Shown one piece after another: positions 63,401-64,000 of a stretch of DNA of 64,000 bases. The position numbers were made by a program, and so were the translations under genes. Source of the DNA: Stylophora pistillata (lineage: Eukaryota). Positions within the stretch are counted from its first letter, which is position 1. Each line of letters opens with the position of its first letter. Location of the stretch: the NCBI RefSeq assembly GCF_002571385.2, contig NW_019217982.1:150491-214490 (forward strand). The letters are read 5' to 3'. Under the pieces are notes generated by a model. It ran no database searches. It had not been told where the DNA came from and saw only the letters and a list, made by a program, of their open reading frames with translations.

Positions 63401-64000
63401 GACTTAGCATGCTTGGAGTATGATACGTATGGAAATATGGCCTAACAGACATAGATCAGAGAAAATTCAAGCACCTTTAAAAAATATTGTCATATCTAGG
63501 TCAGTACATCGTCATTTGTGCCCTACGATGGGTACAAAGGTTTCATTTATTACTTTACTTTATTTTGCTAAACCGCTGGGTGTTTGTAGTGCTAATCAGA
63601 GGCCTTCTTCGTGCATTTCCAAGCTATGAGTCGAAATATTTCTAGATAATGACACTGATTTGGCTTGAGGTTTCATTTTCACTCGCTTAATCCAAAATTA
63701 AGGCCTTATGTAAAGAATTTGGTCTGTTTATAGCATGAATTATGCTCAAAACTCCATTTTGCTTGGCCTTATAGGGGCATGGAGAGTTTGTGCCAAAAAC
63801 CTAACAAACCTTACTAAGCCAAATTTTTCTCAACTGATGTTGATAAATGGGTCACTAAAGTACATACTGGATTTGGTATGAAAGTTAAGCAAGAAGGCAG
63901 GTGAATGTTATGGTTTTTTGAAAAATGGTAATTTTGGGTAATGATTTTGACCTCAAATTTGACCTAACTTTAGCCCCAGGCCCCTGTCTGTCTAATCACT
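60499..64000. mobile_element. Large inverted-repeat (foldback) DNA-transposon-like structure; arms ~61293-62290 and ~63003-64000+, spacer ~710 bp
   Basis: 63621-64000 is the reverse complement of ~61293-61673. Homology continues inward at lower identity (e.g. gtgagagtaaaaggactggacc / ggtccagtcctaatactctcac). Internal junctions TTAA-ggccaagcaaaatggag (~61521) and ctccattttgcttggcc-TTAT (~63770). The left boundary (TTAA at 60499) is inferred. Confidence 0.75.

Overview
Eukaryotic, intron-rich, AT-rich animal genomic DNA. It is most likely from a scleractinian coral, inferred from the anthozoan-type opsins and the repeat families. There are three N-gaps. I assembled exons by hand from GT-AG sites and phase. 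(1) A minus-strand L-fucose kinase gene (FUK/FCSK orthologue): 28 in-phase exons from ATG 20225 to 155, 1092 codons, with the last exon off the left edge. (2) A tandem, anciently diverged FUK paralogue at 24955-34761 that is now a pseudogene (in-frame TGA, frameshifts, lost splice sites, most kinase exons not found). One of its exons looks gene-converted. (3) Two tandem two-exon opsins at 36588-38607 (363 aa) and 52578-54155 (388 aa), of the anthozoan-specific group II type. Both keep Lys296 but have no carboxylate at 94, 113 or 181. Both carry Asp292, Glu289, Ser186 and Cys188, and have VMF/VMY in place of E/DRY. These opsins are the best candidate for an unusual system. (4) Many mobile-element remnants: five L2/CR1-type LINE pieces, a Penelope GIY-YIG fragment, hammerhead-ribozyme-like motifs, tRNA-derived SINE heads, MITEs, and an inverted-repeat (foldback) structure of at least 2.7 kb running off the right edge. 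No database searches were run. Family assignments rest on recognised motifs.
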